This document shows, in pieces, positions 1-11,493 of a stretch of DNA of 64,000 nucleotides. The position numbers and the translations under genes are program-made. Origin of the DNA: Moniliella sp. 'wahieum' (taxonomy: Eukaryota); contig RSEE01000055.1 of assembly GCA_003971905.1 (NCBI GenBank), positions 62,001-126,000 of the forward strand, written 5' to 3'. Below the pieces are notes generated by a model. That model searched no databases, was not told the origin of the DNA, and saw nothing but the letters and a program-made list of their open reading frames with translations. How positions within the stretch are numbered: position 1 is the first letter of the stretch; each line of letters starts with the position of its first letter.

Positions 1-1524
1 CCCTCTACCGCACCGCGCGGCTCGTCGCGCGGGCCAGCGCCGCCCCACCCGTACGCGTGCGTACCGGCTCACTCGTCTCGCCGACCGAGGGCGTGTTGTC
101 CTCCTTTACGTTGGTCAAACCAGAGGAAGAGACCGCGACGCCCGTTGGTCCGCGGTCCACCTCGCCGTTGCGTCCATCGGTGCTGGCGCGGTCTCCTTCG
201 CCCATGAGCTCGGCACCGCACCATGTACGCAAAGGTCCTGCGCCTCCGCCTCCGCCACCGCCTGTGACGCAAGCGGGCTCGGCTCGGGCTCGGGATCGGG
301 ATCGGGATCAGGCTCGTCGTGGGCTCGGGCGCGGGCGCGTCGAAGTACCTACCAACCCATTACCTCGTCCCACGCTTCGTCGGGGGGCGACGCGTCGGGA
401 GGGAGGACAGGTGCAAGGGGGTCCATGACCTTCCCAACTACCTTGCCCGCTCCCGCTGCGTCTGTGTCTGCGCCCGGAAGCCGACGTGGGTCCAACAATC
501 CCTTTTTGGTCTTTGCTCAGCCCAACCCGTTTGCCCCACCCGACCAGCCCCCCGCCACTTCCCTTCCTCCAGTCCCCGCGCCGTTTTGCCACGCCGGCCA
601 AGGTGCCACCCAACCGCTCCCGCCCAAGCTCCCTCCCAAGTTCCCCTGCAAGCTCCCGCTCAAGCTCCCACCCAGGCTGTACCAGCTGCTGCGTCCTCCG
701 CTCACGCTGAGACCAACCCCTGGTCGTCCATGGCTGCCGCGCCAGCTGTGCCGCCCAGGCGCCGGGTAGGAAGCGCTCGTTGGATGCGCAGGTGCCTGGG
801 ACAGATATGCGGACGAGTAAGAGTACGCAAGATGTGGCGGCAGGGCCTTTTACCGTGGTAGCACCTCCCCTGGGCGACCGCGTGTGCCTCGGCCACACAC
901 ATCGGGCAACATCCCCACCCGGCGCCCGTCGGGTTCGGGTTCGGGTTCGGGTTCGGGTTCAGGCATGGGTCTGGGCTGGCCTACCGAGTCCGCTCTGTCT
1001 GCCCGACCGGGTGATACGAACGGGAGCCATTGTGGTGGGCACGACGTTGACGCGGCCGAGTACAAACGGGGGTGCGACGCGCGCCCCGCACCCTCCGCCA
1101 GTTACCGTGCCGTTCAAGGACAAGGATGCGAGCCGGCGTCGGTCGGAGTGTCGAATCTGTGGGGCCGAATGCGGGAGGACCGACGGACGAATGGGGAGCA
1201 GCCGGGCAGCGGCGCGGCGGCAGCGCGACCGAACGTGCCGAGACGGATCGTTTCGTTGCATGGGCACGAACACGATGTGCCGCGACGGACGGGTGGCTCG
1301 TGGGTCCCCCCCCTGTACCCGTGCCCGTTCCGGCCTCTGGGTCGGCGTCTGCGTCGGGTGCGCGCCACCTCCGCGGTCCGAGCCTCGGCTCACCCGACTC
1401 GCTCGGCCTGCCGGCCGGGGCCGCGCCCGAGCTGGGCGGTCGCGCCGGTCGTATTCCCACGCGGGGACCCAATGGCGGGCGCAAACCCTCGTTGGCGTTC
1501 CGCCTGGGATTAAAGAAAGCCTAG
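1..1524 (+). CDS. 3' part of a Pro/Ser-rich, low-complexity protein with NPF/NPW motifs (frameshifted; 5' end outside window)
   Basis: Protein-like segments appear in successive + frames: 'SSFTLVKPEEETATP...KGPAPPPPPPP', 'GSNNPFLVFAQPNPF', 'ETNPWSS', ending 'RKPSLAFRLGLKKA*' at 1524. A pyrimidine-rich 3' UTR-like tract follows. No folded domain recognised. Confidence 0.4.
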
Positions 1525-2458
1525 CTGGCCCGCAAGGTGAGGGGAGCACGTGCCTGCCTTGGATTTGTCGTGGGCAGGGGTTCGTTGTTCCCAGCCACTC
1601 CTCCCCCCCCCCCGCCTGAACAAAATGGGTTACTTTGTCTTCCTTTTTCTTTACTGGTTTCTTCTCTCTTTCTCTCTTCTTCTCTTTTTCTTCCTTTTCT
1701 CCAGGACAGGACCTCCTACCTGCTCTCTCGCCCTCCCCCCCTCCCCTCTCTGGTTCGGCCCCTGCAGTGGTTGGTTGCCTGAGTGGCTAAAGTGTTAGGT
1801 TCTGCTCTGGACATGTGGACCTTCCATCTTCCTCTTTGCCTTTTTTTCGTCTCTCTTTCCTCCGTTTCCTCCGTTTCCTCCTCGTTTCCTTTCCTCCTCG
1901 TTTTTTCTTCTCTTCTCTCCCTCTCCCCATTTCCTCTTTTCCCCCGTCTGCTCTGTTCGTTCTTTCTCTCCTTCTCTCGCGCTGGTAAGCCTGTGAAAAA
2001 AAAAGAAAAACACGCCGCTACTTTCCTTCCTTTTGGTCCCTCTCTGCGCCCGCGCCGCGCGCTCGCCGCTCTTCAATATTCAATCTTCAGCGCACGTTTT
2101 CCTCCTCTTCGCGCCTGGCTGGTGCTTTGGTAGGCTAGGTGGGGACCTGGTAGCGCCCACGATCTGCTTGGACAAAGGGAGCGGGGGGAGAAGGGGTAGC
2201 AGCTGTTGAGCGTTGGCAATATATAGACAAGTAGGATTCCAGGAGCGCACTAATTCACACTGCAGGAACGCCGGCGAGCGTTAATACGTTTTCTTGGTTG
2301 CGACTCGGTCCGGCTTCACCCGCACAGCTTAACAGAAGTCAGGGGCCCCGAGAGTGTGTGGGTAGTTTGCAGTAACGAAGTTGTGGAATGTTCGTTTCCT
2401 TAGTAGTTTTTACTGCCCATCGCACTGTAACCCACAGGTTAGTACTCCTAGCCTACTA

Positions 2459-2682
2459 TGATGAGACCTGGAGTCCTGATGGTCCGAGGGTGATGCAATC
2501 GCACTGGTGGTAGTGGTGGTCTAAGCCAACCAGCAACGCCTACAGAGGAACAACAAGCAGCGAGTCGTCGCCAGGGGCTAAGCTGCGGAACAAGGAAAAA
2601 CAAGAGAGAGAAAACAAGGAATCCCAGGCTTGAGAAGGAACTGAAGGACATGGCCAAAGCACCAGCCACCCATGGCTCAACA
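2459..2682 (-). mobile_element. Solo LTR of a copia-related family (copy 1)
   Basis: Minus strand reads TGTTGAG...GGTCTCATCA (TG...CA ends). It aligns along its length with 52776-53015 and shares blocks GGCTTAGACC and GCGATTGCAT with the LTR of the intact copia element. TSD imperfect (GCCTA[CTA] left, GCCTA right). Confidence 0.75.
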
Positions 2683-3761
2683 GCCTATTCGGTGAAAATA
2701 GGTTTAACCTTACTGTTGACACGACGGGCCACGGCCATCTTTTCGCAATCGTCCACCGTTCCATGTCCACCCTGCCAGTTCACCGTTTCATAGTCCACAT
2801 ACTGTGTCCAGTGTAACATGCATGTTGTATACATCATGATCTAGTCCAACAGCCCATCATATCAAGCGTTTCAGTCCTTTTTAGTACAACATACACGCCA
2901 AGAAGATTCTAAAATCTGTCTATCTCACACGGTGCGGGCATGTGAGTCCTGTTCTTGATGCAGGTTGCCCGCCGGTGGTTCCGTCCGATGTTCCGTCATT
3001 TGTGCCCCTACTGCATGTGAACAAAGATCGCTGTGGAAAACGTCTTCGCGAAAAGAGACCAGATGGGGTCTTGGATATTGCACCAAGAGGCACAATCCCT
3101 TCTATATCTTCCCTTTTTTTTCATGCATCCGTCAGAAAAGGTCAGGAGTATGAAGAGCTCATTGCAGCATCCCCCCTTTCTCTTCCTCTCTCATTCGCTC
3201 GTTTCACAGTAAAAGTGGAGCTTGACGGCTGCACTGTGATGATAATCCCTTCGTACTAACTGTGTACACATCGAGCCCCCTCCGTGCCATGCAAGGAGCG
3301 GTTTTCTGTGCCGACTTCACATATCCCACCGTTGAACGTTCTTTGACACACTGCTTTTGAGGTGTTTCTCATGAGCTCCTGCTGAGGGAGCTTCTTATAG
3401 AATGTGGAGAGCAAAAACCACACATCTCTTCATTTCTCGATGTTGGGTGCGAGTTCGGAGCAGGGTAGCAAAGTAGTGTCCCAAGCGTCATATCCCGCGG
3501 ATACAGTGTGGTTATCGAGACGGTGATACCGGAGGTCGTTTCCTTCTGAAGACGATGTAACGAGAGCCTTATATTAGGGATGAGGTGCATATCGGTGAGA
3601 TAAAAGCGAAGACTTCGAAGTGTATCTTGTGTTCGTGTGGTGTGCACACAGGTACCAAACACACAATAAAGGTCCAGTAAAAGCCTGATAGGGGGGGGGG
3701 CATGATGTGCAGAGGGGTGGAAAGTCGGTTCTTCGTCTCCTAACACATATCAACATAGATA

Positions 3762-3814
3762 TATCCGTATACAGTAGTATATAGACAATATCCGTACAGT
3801 AGTATTAGACAATA
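3762..3814 (+). repeat. Imperfect tandem duplication of about 27 bp
   Basis: TATCCGTATACAGTAGTATATAGACAA followed by TATCCGTACAGTAGTATTAGACAATA. Confidence 0.7.
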
Positions 3815-5120
3815 GGCCTTCACCCATTGCGCATTTTGGACCGTTACAGAACTTACAGGGCGGGACCCCCCAGCCTCTCCTGATGCATCCAATTCCATCG
3901 CTCGTTCTCACTGAAGGGGGGAATGACGACGACGTGTCGCATCTCCAGCCAATGATTACTATATTTTTGTTGGTTACTCATCAGTGCCTGAGAGAACACC
4001 CCGTTTATGCTTCATTAGCTTCATTCCTCAAGTTCAATGTCTTCGAAGCTTCACAGTCTCGCGCTACAGTCCGCTCACACACTGCAAAAAAGTGAGCACT
4101 GTGCTGGAAAATTGTTTGCCGAACAAGCAAATCATGGGGTGAAAAAGGCGAAATGCGAACGCCGAAAAGATATGCGAGTGTTGCGTGATATTACAGCCAA
4201 AACGACTTCAGGTACTGTTACCGGTGTTACCGGTTACACACTGGTATAGATAGCACAGCTGAAAGCCCTGGGCTGTTATTCTATCATACGCCTTTTGGAT
4301 ATAAAAGCTGAAGGTGTGTGGGGGAAGGGATGCGATGGTGACGTGTGCCATGTGACGAGAGAGAAGCGGCGGTTAGGTGTATTATAGTCGTGAATGGAGG
4401 GGAACCGCGTTTATAACGTTTATATAAACCCACCGTTCACATGCTCCCAGACATTCCTTCTTTACATTGAACGTTGATGAATGCACTGTGCGAGGTTGGA
4501 CTTTGAACTGAATGACGTCTAGAAGCGTGTCCTTCGAAACAATGCGTAGAAGGGCTTGGAACCCTTGAAGCTAAAATGACCATTTTAAGGTGCCAAACAA
4601 GAAGTTTGACGCTTGGAGTGCCAACTTTTTAGTCTTCGAAACTCAAAGTCTTGATGATTTTGAAGAGCTTGAAGCTTGATGCCCCTTTTGAAGCTTTTGT
4701 AAACACGTCGAAAAGAGGGCATCTGCCGACAAAACTCCGACGGTGTGTATCCTATTCCATCATTGATGCGGCGGGCCGGGGTACCAAGTTTCTTCCCTCT
4801 GGTAAAACACGTAGGTACATCTATTCTCTCGTTTTTGCAAGGGCTCATGCACTCAGGCCGCGCTCAAGCCTGGGCGCCTGTGCTCATATCTTCACACTCG
4901 TCAGTGGATGTCGTTGATATCTGTGAGGCATGTGCTTGGCGGTGATGAAGGGGATGGAGAAGGGAGGCTGTGACTGGTGGCAACCGCAGTGGAAAGCACG
5001 TTGAGCTGATGAGTCGATGAGAAGTAATATTGGTTCCCCAGCGAGATGTCCTAGGCGCTCTCCTCAGTTACGTGTTATGATATGCAACGGTGAAGCTGTG
5101 AAGGGAAGACCAGAGCTGGG

Positions 5121-5790
5121 TTGAACGTTGAACGTTGAGTACGTTGAACGTGTTGTTGAACCCAGACTGCGGAAGAGAAAAGAAGTGAAGAGAAGGAGAA
5201 AAAGAGTGGTGCTACTTTTAATAGGCCAGAGTATTATAGGGGTATACTCCCATGTCGTGCCTGCATGTGTAAAAAGATGAGAGCGATATCTTGGGGGGTG
5301 GTTGGCCCTCAGAGCCTTGGTCAACATACTGAGTGTGCTCAGCGCTTGTTGGTCTGTGCGGCCTGAGGTCAGGCCTGAGGCTCATCGATCGTCAGCATCA
5401 TTAGCATCACTACTAATCACTAGTCACTTGTCACTTGTCACGTGTCACTAGGTCACTGCATGTCAATAGCATCACTTGTGGCACATGTGTGTCATAGTGA
5501 ATCATTTAACTGTACTAGGAAAGCGTAGTCGAGACCTCATGCACCTCATGTGTCATGTGGGGATCTCGTTCGACAATCTCAGCGGCTCAGTCTGAGCCTT
5601 GAGAGCCCTGAGCGTCTGAGCCTTGGCCCTGAGCGCTTGAGCCTCCCGAGCGTGAACCCTGAGCGCCCGCCTGCGCCCACTTGAACCGCACATGATGACT
5701 CCAGCACTCAGTACTCCACCTCCTCCAGGTTGAGCAATGTTGTGGGTCGGAGTCATACTGAGCACTTGCACGTGCATCATCGATCATCAT
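5121..5790. repeat. Cluster of TNA-palindrome-TNA heptamer arrays and degenerate copies
   Basis: TGA-ACGT-TGA-ACGT-TGA (5122-5138), TCA-CTAG-TCA (5417-5426), then (GTCACTT)n and a CTGAGC-rich patch at 5581-5670. Confidence 0.8.
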
Positions 5791-8439
5791 GGGTGCCATG
5801 TGCCATATGCCCCGCATGTTTCGGTTTGCGACCACCCCCTCCACCTGCCGCTCAGAGGGTAACGACTCGCGTGCAAGTTGCACCTTTTTCTCGGCGCCCA
5901 GACCCTTTTCGGAGAGGTCTGGTGGCGCTGATCAGTATCAGTCCGGTAGCCCTGTCGTCCAAAACATGCAACCGGGTATACGATTGCGTAATGTGTACAA
6001 CGGAAGCGCGTACGTATGCCGAACAAAAGCCGGTCCCACAGATCCCAGGGCGGTCCCTTCCTGGTCCCTAGCCGAGGAGCACTGCCGTTCCGCCCTACGA
6101 CACCCTTTGGTCTCCTGAGCGGGCCTGAGCGCTGAGTCATCCAAGTCTAATAAAGTTGTTTGAAGCTTGAAAAAGCTACTACAGCAGTTCAATGAAAGAA
6201 ACAGAGAGATACCCGAAACGAATTATGTGATTCCAAAATGGCCTATTCTTGTGGTTAGGGTAGGATACTGGTAGAATCGAACTAGGGAAAGTGATCCAAA
6301 AATGTGGACGACCCCTCCTCTTGCGTGGGGTGATAGAGCTGCGGGGAATTTTCTTGATAACGCAAAGTTTAATGAGTCCTCATCAGGCTGAGCGCCAACT
6401 GCTAGCCGCAAGTATTAGTATAGTCATTTTAGTCACTAAAATCACTATAAAGCTTAAAGAGTCCTAGTCCCCCAGGGTCCAATGTTTAACCACAAGCAAC
6501 ACACATATGAATATGGCACCTTTTAACGACGTGTACCCTTCTCTGAAATGCATGTGGACTCCACACACGTTTCCGTTCTCCACGCACCCCACGAGATACA
6601 CTGAGACTTACACGAGATACGTAAGACTTGCACCTCGTTCGCTCTGGGGGATAAGGCACTCAGGCCAACTCTGCCAAGCAATCTAGCGGTGCGCGCTCCC
6701 TTCCTATACAAATTAATGATCCTTGTGTATATCATTCTGTGAAGCTTGAAGTCGCATGGGTATGTGATCTATCGTGACGCGTGATGAGAGGAGAGACCAC
6801 CCTTTGCTATCCTATCCTTTCAAATTCAGGCGTACCGCGTACTCCTACTACCTTCAATATAGATCTGAGTGACCTCGAAGGAAGAAGCAGAAGCCGGGGG
6901 AAAGGTTTTGATTGTGGATGCCACTCTGCATCTTTCTTCACTGCACATACACTCCGAACTCACTCACATTGAACCTGTGAGAAAGATTAATGAGACGGAA
7001 GGTTAGGATAAGTGCGTGCGGGCTGGGGCGGCGTCACATGCTTCACATGCCTTAAGCGTCCGTGTGTGAAGCCACCGTGTGAAGCCTCCGTGGATTAGAT
7101 GATGGAGGGCATGGATCAACGCACACGGCAACGCGAAAGAGACTGGGAAGAGAGTATGGTAGGGCTGGATACTGCTGAAGGAGAGGATAAGAATGAAGGA
7201 TGAGTGGTTCTGAGGAGAGGCATTACAGGGGAGCAGAGGGAGCGTCCGGGCGGATAAGAGTGATGAGATGCCCGTCACGCAGGATGATGTACTTGGAGCA
7301 TCTCCCCAACAGGTATGACAGAGGGCCTCACCGGCGTCTCTGTCTACGAGCGTCTCTGTCGGGATCAAACCCACTTGATCACCGTTTGAACACCAAGTTG
7401 ACTGGTCCCTGATTTGTTCAAGACCTGTTTTCCCCCTTTGACTATGCCCCCCTTCGTCCTCCGTGTGAGTCAGCTCGCATATGCTCTCGCATATGCTTCT
7501 TCTTCTCCGAGGCATACATACCTCGCCCTCTTTCCATTCGAGATGAATTTGATCCTCATCATTTCCCCCATCTCCATCTCCTGGTAGTCTCCCCTTTGGG
7601 CGGTGCAGCTCCATAACATAATGGTTGATACGCGATGCTGATGATGCGGACTATATACAATGGCAAGTGGACTGCGCTAGTATTATCGAGGGTTTTAAGG
7701 GCGGAGCTGCACCACAGATAATGCCTCCCCCCCCCCCCCAGTATATGTAACGCAAACAAAACGCGAGTGAGAGCAAAGTAGAGGTAAGAAGCATGCGCTG
7801 TGGCTTCTCTCAGCGTCGGTGTCGCTCGTTATATGATAACCGCGTACCGCGCATAACGGAGTAGCTAGTAGTATAGCTAGTAGTCGCTAAAAAAGTCACC
7901 AGGGTCACCGGGGACCCTGAGGCCTCAGCCTGAGGCACCTCTGTTGGGTGTATAGATCATGTGCATCGTATGCACAAAACACGTTAATTGTGGAAAAGAA
8001 TTGAATTGAAGCATTCTCTCGTCGGAGCTGCTCTTCTGGTTGGGCCTCAGGCCTGAGCAACGCTCAACTGAAGGAATGGGGGCTAAGGCAAGGCACTTTA
8101 CTGGGCGATCGGTGGGCGAGCACGATGAATCACGCCAGTATAAGGTCTCTGAACGCGGTTGTCTACTCAGAAGTATCTCTACCCTAATAACCTAAAAGAA
8201 CAATTGCACTGTGCAAAAAGATGAAGAAAGGAAACAGTTATACAACAATAAACGGCCCGGTGGTGGTCCCTCGTTATACTCAAAGCTCAGCCTCTCAGCC
8301 TGAGAGCTCCGCGGAACGCTCAACGTTGTTCATCAACAGGCTTAGTTCCTTCCGCCCCCTCCGCCTCTTCCAGATCGTCGGCACCCCACCATCCCCACCC
8401 TCGTAGCATTGCATCCTTGGCGTTCACTGTGACCTTGTG

Positions 8440-10510
8440 GGCCTTCGCTTGTAACATGTAACATGCAACCGCTGGTGGAAATTTTGTAACGGGCAACAAC
8501 CCGGTTCCGGTATCGGGTAACTCCGGTAACTCCGGTAACCTTCCAAGCATTTTTATAGCCGTCAGCTTCAACATTCAAAATTCAACATACGTGAAGCTTC
8601 CTTGAAGCTTAAGCGCTGAACGTACTCGCGCGCTGAAACCGTCAGGCGTCAGGCTGACGCTGAACCCGAACGCTGATGAGACAGAACGCCTCAGTTCTCA
8701 GATCCTTGACGTACACCCAGCCATGCAGACAGGGGATGTACGTGTGTGTGGCCTGTGTGTTTTGCATGGAAGGGTAAAACGCGTAGCATAAGACAGTGGG
8801 ATGTTAGTTGTTGCTTTTCATCGATGGATTGGATGCGCAACGCGCACAAGCGCACAGGTCTACATTTTATGTATGACCGCCGACCGGTGACCGGTGACCG
8901 GTGACCTGAGATCCTACATTAAGGAACGTGGCGTATTATAAGCACCAACACGTGTTCCTACGACACTGTGTGTCATGTACAAACATTGCCGCAGGTACCC
9001 ACCGCTTGGAGGTCGGCCGGGCACCCCAGTGCGATGGTAATATGAACCCGATGTAGCAGATGTAATGGCTGTAACATTGAGCCAGTGCCTATGAGCGGGC
9101 TGTGCAGGATGGGCGCGTGTCTACATGTGGATTTTATCTTTGGGCCCCCAGGCGCCCGTCCGCCTGGTAGAACCCAACCTCCCATACCTCCGGGGCCGGT
9201 GCATTGGGATTGGAACAGAAGGATTATCGATGAATGATTCATGACGCGCACGCGTGATGACACATGTGACAAGTGACAAGGAAGGTGATGCCGGTGATTC
9301 AGTCCTTCACGACGTGTGAAATCGGAGAGACAAGGTGAATGCAAGTGATAGAGTGATAGTGACTGTACCATGTAATGCACAGTGCATCGTCGTCATCAAT
9401 CAGTACTCAGTAATCATTAATCATTAATCAGGCCCAGGCCAGGCCTGGGCCTGCTCAGGCTGAGCGGCAGAGGGGCTAACCACTTCAGCGCTTCGTCGTT
9501 CAATATATTCAATTCAACGTTGGACATGTGAACGTTAGGGCAGTGACATGTGACAGTGACTAGTGATTGTCAGAAGTCACTAGCTAGTCACTAGTCACTT
9601 GTAGTGATTCTGGTGACCAAATGACTGTATCGACTTTGGGAGCAAGCGAGAGAGGTGACATAGAAGAAGTGGTTGCAGAGAAAGGCGACGTGGTGAAGCT
9701 TCAAGCTTCAAGCTAGCTTGAAGCTCTTGAAGCTTGAAGCTTGAAGACGCATTCGACTGCTATCGGACCTAAGATCTAAGAAGAGATCTAAGAGGCATTG
9801 GATCTGGAGACGCACTTGGTACCTTCCCTTGTGGCACACATGACATCCCACGCTATCACATGTCACATCATGTCATGTTCAAGACGAGGGAAGGGGATGC
9901 GGGTGGGAGGACTAGGTAGCCACCAGCCTGGACCTCTTCAGTCTGCTAACGTACGAAGTGAATGTGAGTTGTGAGTACTGAACGTACTGAGGGTAACTCA
10001 GTACTCAGTACTGAACTCAATACTCACTAATTAGTCACTACTCACTACCCAGATTGCTCCAACCGAGTAACAACCTGGCAGACGAACAAGCTTGAAGCTT
10101 CAAGGTTCAACCTTAACGAGCTTAACGTTCAACGTTCAACGTTCATTAATCATTGAACGTATATTGACCAAGAGCTTGAAGGCATGGAGATGGAGTTTTG
10201 ATCCATGATTCGGTCTGGGTTGGGCGTGTTGGTCGTGGGGCATTGGCATGTTGGGCGTTGGCACGACATCGTAATGGATCAGCGTTCGCGTTCGTCTTTA
10301 CTCGGTACTCAGTAGCTCAGGCCCTCAGGCCTCAGGTGCCCCTCAGTACTCAGTATTGACGAAGTTGAGGTAGTAACTAGTAATTAGAAAACGACGAGTG
10401 TCCTGAGAATCTGACGCGTGACGCGTGGCGGGTGATCGGTGATCGATGATCAAGCTTCAAAGAAGTGAAGCTAGTGACTAGTGATGTGACGCCGTAGATT
10501 CATCATGCAT
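8440..10510. repeat. Densest cluster of TNA-palindrome-TNA heptamer arrays
   Basis: TAA-CATG-TAA 8452; TGA-CCGG-TGA-CCGG-TGA 8888; TCA-GTAC-TCA 9400; TCA-TTAA-TCA-TTAA-TCA 9414; TGA-CATG-TGA 9544; TGA-CTAG-TGA 9557; TGA-AGCT-TCA-AGCT-TCA 9694; TAA-GATC-TAA 9770; chain 10122-10152; TGA-CGCG-TGA 10412; TGA-TCGA-TGA 10440. Confidence 0.9.
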
Positions 10511-11493
10511 CCTGGGGTATCATGCCATCGATCGGATCGGTTATCCCCGATTCGTATATTCGGGCAAATGATGATTTGGGACATGTACGTATGGCAGAGT
10601 GGACGCAGGGTCCAGCAGGGCCCAGCAGCCAGTCACAGGGAGGGCAGGGAGGGTGGTTGGCAGTATCACCTGCTGCCTGTCCTGCGGAGCAGCAGGAGCG
10701 TTACGCGTTACGGGTCGATAATCGATAAGCGCAAGCGCTACCATCGTCGTCATCACCGCCAGCAGCAGCACCAGCAGCACCAGCAGCACAGCAGCACCCG
10801 GCCGTTGTACCACTGGTGTACCTGCGGTACCTGCCGCGTGCTGCCCTGTGGCCCAACACACTTGCCTCTCGCAGTCTGCATCGACACCCCTCGTCCCTGC
10901 TGGACCCTCAGCGTCTTACTGGTGCGTCTTCCCGCTCCCACGTCTCAGACAGGCGACATCACTCGTTACGCGTTACGCGCTACTCGTCACTAGACTCGTC
11001 GTCCTCTCGACATCCCGCATCCCGCGTCAGATCACCATCACCGTGATCTTTCAGGCTGCCCAGCCGTCTCATACATCACATTCATCACGTCCCACAGCCC
11101 GAGCGCACAGGCCTGTGCGCCTGCGCACGCCTGCGCACGCCTGACAGCTGGCCTGCCTGGCGCTCCGGCCGCCATGGATCTCCTCCAACCGCCTTCTTGG
11201 TTCTTCTTGCTTTCTGTCCACCATCCTTCGCCACCCCTCGTCCTCTCCACACTCCACCTCCCACAGACTGGTGGCTCCAGCAGAACGCAGCGGCACAATT
11301 ATACACCCACCCGCTGCCTTTCTTGCTCTCTGTCTCTCGCCCCGTCGACCCCCTCTTCCCAGCCCACCGTTTGCTGCCTGCCCTTCTCTTACTCCCTCGC
11401 GTCTTCCTTCGCCTCGTCTCGTTCCTCCCTGTCCATCTCGTTCGGTTTCCAGCCCGTTTCCCTGTCTTGTTCTGTCGCCACTTTTTGTACGCC

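Noticed and set aside
3441..3745. Possible solo LTR (TGTTGGG...CCTAACA)
   Set aside because: No TSD and no second copy in the window.
5798..5830. 'CAICPACFG' resembling the CPACFG motif of KDZ transposases
   Set aside because: No downstream DGNF or other KDZ motifs and no long ORF; probably chance.
7064..7311. Possible minus-strand solo LTR starting TGTTGGG with a CTCATCAC block like the copia LTR
   Set aside because: Similarity is limited to a few short words, with no defined 3' end or TSD.
9690..9750. Heat-shock elements (nGAAnnTTCn) as the explanation for the GAAGCTT arrays
   Set aside because: Only isolated GAAGCTTC pairs fit. The 7-bp period breaks the 5-bp HSE phasing and does not explain the 13 other palindromic tetramers.
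8440..10510. CRISPR-like array or telomeric repeats
   Set aside because: No constant repeat with unique spacers, no cas genes, a eukaryotic context, and no TTAGGG-type tract.
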